The notes beneath the pieces are model-generated. The model was not told the DNA's origin and ran no database searches. It saw only the letters and a program-made list of their open reading frames with translations. Positions 34,684 through 36,125 of a stretch of DNA of 36,125 bases are shown here, one piece after another. Numbering within the stretch: the stretch's first letter is position 1; every line of letters begins with the position of its first letter. The translations under genes and the position numbers were made by a program. Source of the DNA: a virus (taxonomy: Duplodnaviria; Caudoviricetes); IMG/VR virus record IMGVR_UViG_3300037565_000029, positions 1 through 36,125 of that record, one strand, 5' to 3'.

Positions 34684-35064
34684 ATGCCGAGACCGAGAAC
34701 GCCCAGCGCTGTTGCAAAGACGACTGGTGCGGCTGGGAAAAACCCGCAGCGGTTTCGTGATCGCAAGGAGCCGAAGACAAGGCCGCTTGGAGACCCGCCC
34801 GCCTGGATGGAATGCGAGGATGAGCTTTCGGCTTGGGATGGCTTCAAGCGGGAGATGCCGTGGCTGGCTGAGGGTGACCGCGCGCTTGTCGAGATGGCTG
34901 CGCGGCTCCGCGGTCGGATGATTAAAGACCCTGAGATGGGCGTGAACGCGCTGGCGCAGCTTCGGCTCTGCCTTCAGGCGATGGGCGGGACCCCGGCGGA
35001 TCGGTCAAAGGTGGGTGCGCCAGATGATGATGCGACGGACCCGGCTGACGAGTTCTTCAACTAG
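34684..35064 (+). CDS. terS: Terminase small subunit
   Basis: MPRPRTP, PPAWM, MGGTPADRSKV, DPADEFF; AAGGA SD. Confidence 0.88.
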   Translation: MPRPRTPSAVAKTTGAAGKNPQRFRDRKEPKTRPLGDPPAWMECEDELSAWDGFKREMPWLAEGDRALVEMAARLRGRMIKDPEMGVNALAQLRLCLQAMGGTPADRSKVGAPDDDATDPADEFFN

Positions 35065-35073
35065 GCGCGTGCT

Positions 35074-36125
35074 GTGAGGGCTGAAGTCGTCGCGCGTATC
35101 AACGGCGCCTTAGACCCGACCACGGAATATGCGAGGGCGGTTTGTGGCGGCGAGGTCATCGCAGGCCCGCATGTGCGAGACGCCTGCAAGCGCCACTTGG
35201 ATGATCTCAAACACGGCGCCGCGCGCGGCCTTCGCTGGGATGCAGAAGCGGCTCAGCGGTTCTTTGATTTCTGCCGGACAGTGCTTCGGCTCAGCGAGGG
35301 ACAGTTTGACGGGATACCGTTCGAGCTTCACCCGTCGCAGAAGTTCATCTGCGGCTCGCTGTTCGGCTGGATGCACGGCGACGTGCGCCGGTTTCAACGG
35401 GCCTACATTGAGCAGGGTAAGGGCAACGGCAAATCACCCATGGTCGGGGCGATCGGTCTCTATGGCCTGACGGCGGACGGTGAGAGCGGCGCGCAAATCT
35501 ACTCGGCTGGCGCGACAAAAGAGCAGGCCGGGATCTTGTTCGCGGATGCCGTCAAGATGGTCAACCAAGCGCCCGCCCTTAACAAACGCATCGATCGTGC
35601 TGGCGGGCCGGGACGGGAATACAATCTCGCCCACCTACCGACGCAAAGCTTCTTTCGTCCGGTGTCGCGAGAGACGAAAAAGACCGGCTCCGGGCCGCGC
35701 CCTCACATGGCGCTGTGTGACGAGGTTCACGAACACCCGGACGGCGGGGTCATTGAGATATTGGAGCGCGGCTTTAAGTTCCGCCGTCAACCGCTCCTGG
35801 TGATGATCACGAACTCCGGTTCCGACCGGGCGTCTATCTGTTGGGCGGAAAGGAAGCACGCGGTCGCGGTCGCGGCTGGCGACGTGGAGGATGACCGGAC
35901 GTTCTCATACGTCTGCGCGATGGATGAGGGCGACGAACCCTTTGATGACCCGGAGTGCTGGGAGAAGGCGAACCCGCTGATTGGTGTGACCATCACCCGG
36001 GAATACCTGGAGCGGAACGTCAAGCAGGCGCGCGACATACCGGCTAAGGCGAACGGGATCAGGCGGCTTCACTTCTGCCAGTGGACGGACGCGGAATCGG
36101 CCTGGATCAGCCGGGCCGCCTGGGA
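35074..36125 (+). CDS. terL: Terminase large subunit, N-terminal ATPase part (joined gene ~601 aa)
   Basis: GKGNGKS Walker A, LCDEVHEH Walker B, ITNSG, WEKANP; open to the window end. Confidence 0.93.
   Translation, partial: MRAEVVARINGALDPTTEYARAVCGGEVIAGPHVRDACKRHLDDLKHGAARGLRWDAEAAQRFFDFCRTVLRLSEGQFDGIPFELHPSQKFICGSLFGWMHGDVRRFQRAYIEQGKGNGKSPMVGAIGLYGLTADGESGAQIYSAGATKEQAGILFADAVKMVNQAPALNKRIDRAGGPGREYNLAHLPTQSFFRPVSRETKKTGSGPRPHMALCDEVHEHPDGGVIEILERGFKFRRQPLLVMITNSGSDRASICWAERKHAVAVAAGDVEDDRTFSYVCAMDEGDEPFDDPECWEKANPLIGVTITREYLERNVKQARDIPAKANGIRRLHFCQWTDAESAWISRAAW
35999..36125. repeat. Terminal direct repeat, copy 2 (assembly overlap)
   Basis: Identical to 1-127. Confidence 0.95.

Overview
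This looks like a complete, circularly assembled temperate siphophage genome. The unique length is 35,998 bp, because 1-127 is repeated at 35999-36125 and the break falls inside terL. The host is most likely an alphaproteobacterium (inferred from gene families and high GC). Gene order: terS/terL, HK97-type portal, protease and capsid, neck genes interrupted by a 3-gene antisense insert, a GTA-like non-contractile tail with a lambda-type GGGAAAG frameshift, fibres, M15 endolysin/holins/spanins, and a metallophosphoesterase. A leftward early arm follows (sak, ssb, HNH genes, xis, int, attP, five more small genes), then a cI/cro switch with four operators, replication genes, a putative late regulator, a long non-coding structured region, a packaging HNH and a cos-like region. 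Four observations stand out. (1) attP carries a promoter plus the 5' half of tRNA-Cys, which predicts a promoter swap on integration. (2) A ~670-nt, heavily base-paired, pseudoknot-rich non-coding transcript lies between a promoter and a terminator. (3) The same 3x7-aa TAD motif is inserted in both the tail terminator and the distal tail protein, next to a T4 gp9/gp10-like trimeric fibre. (4) The antisense insert encodes two HTH proteins and an unknown effector. All calls come from motif reading by eye; no searches or folding programs were run.
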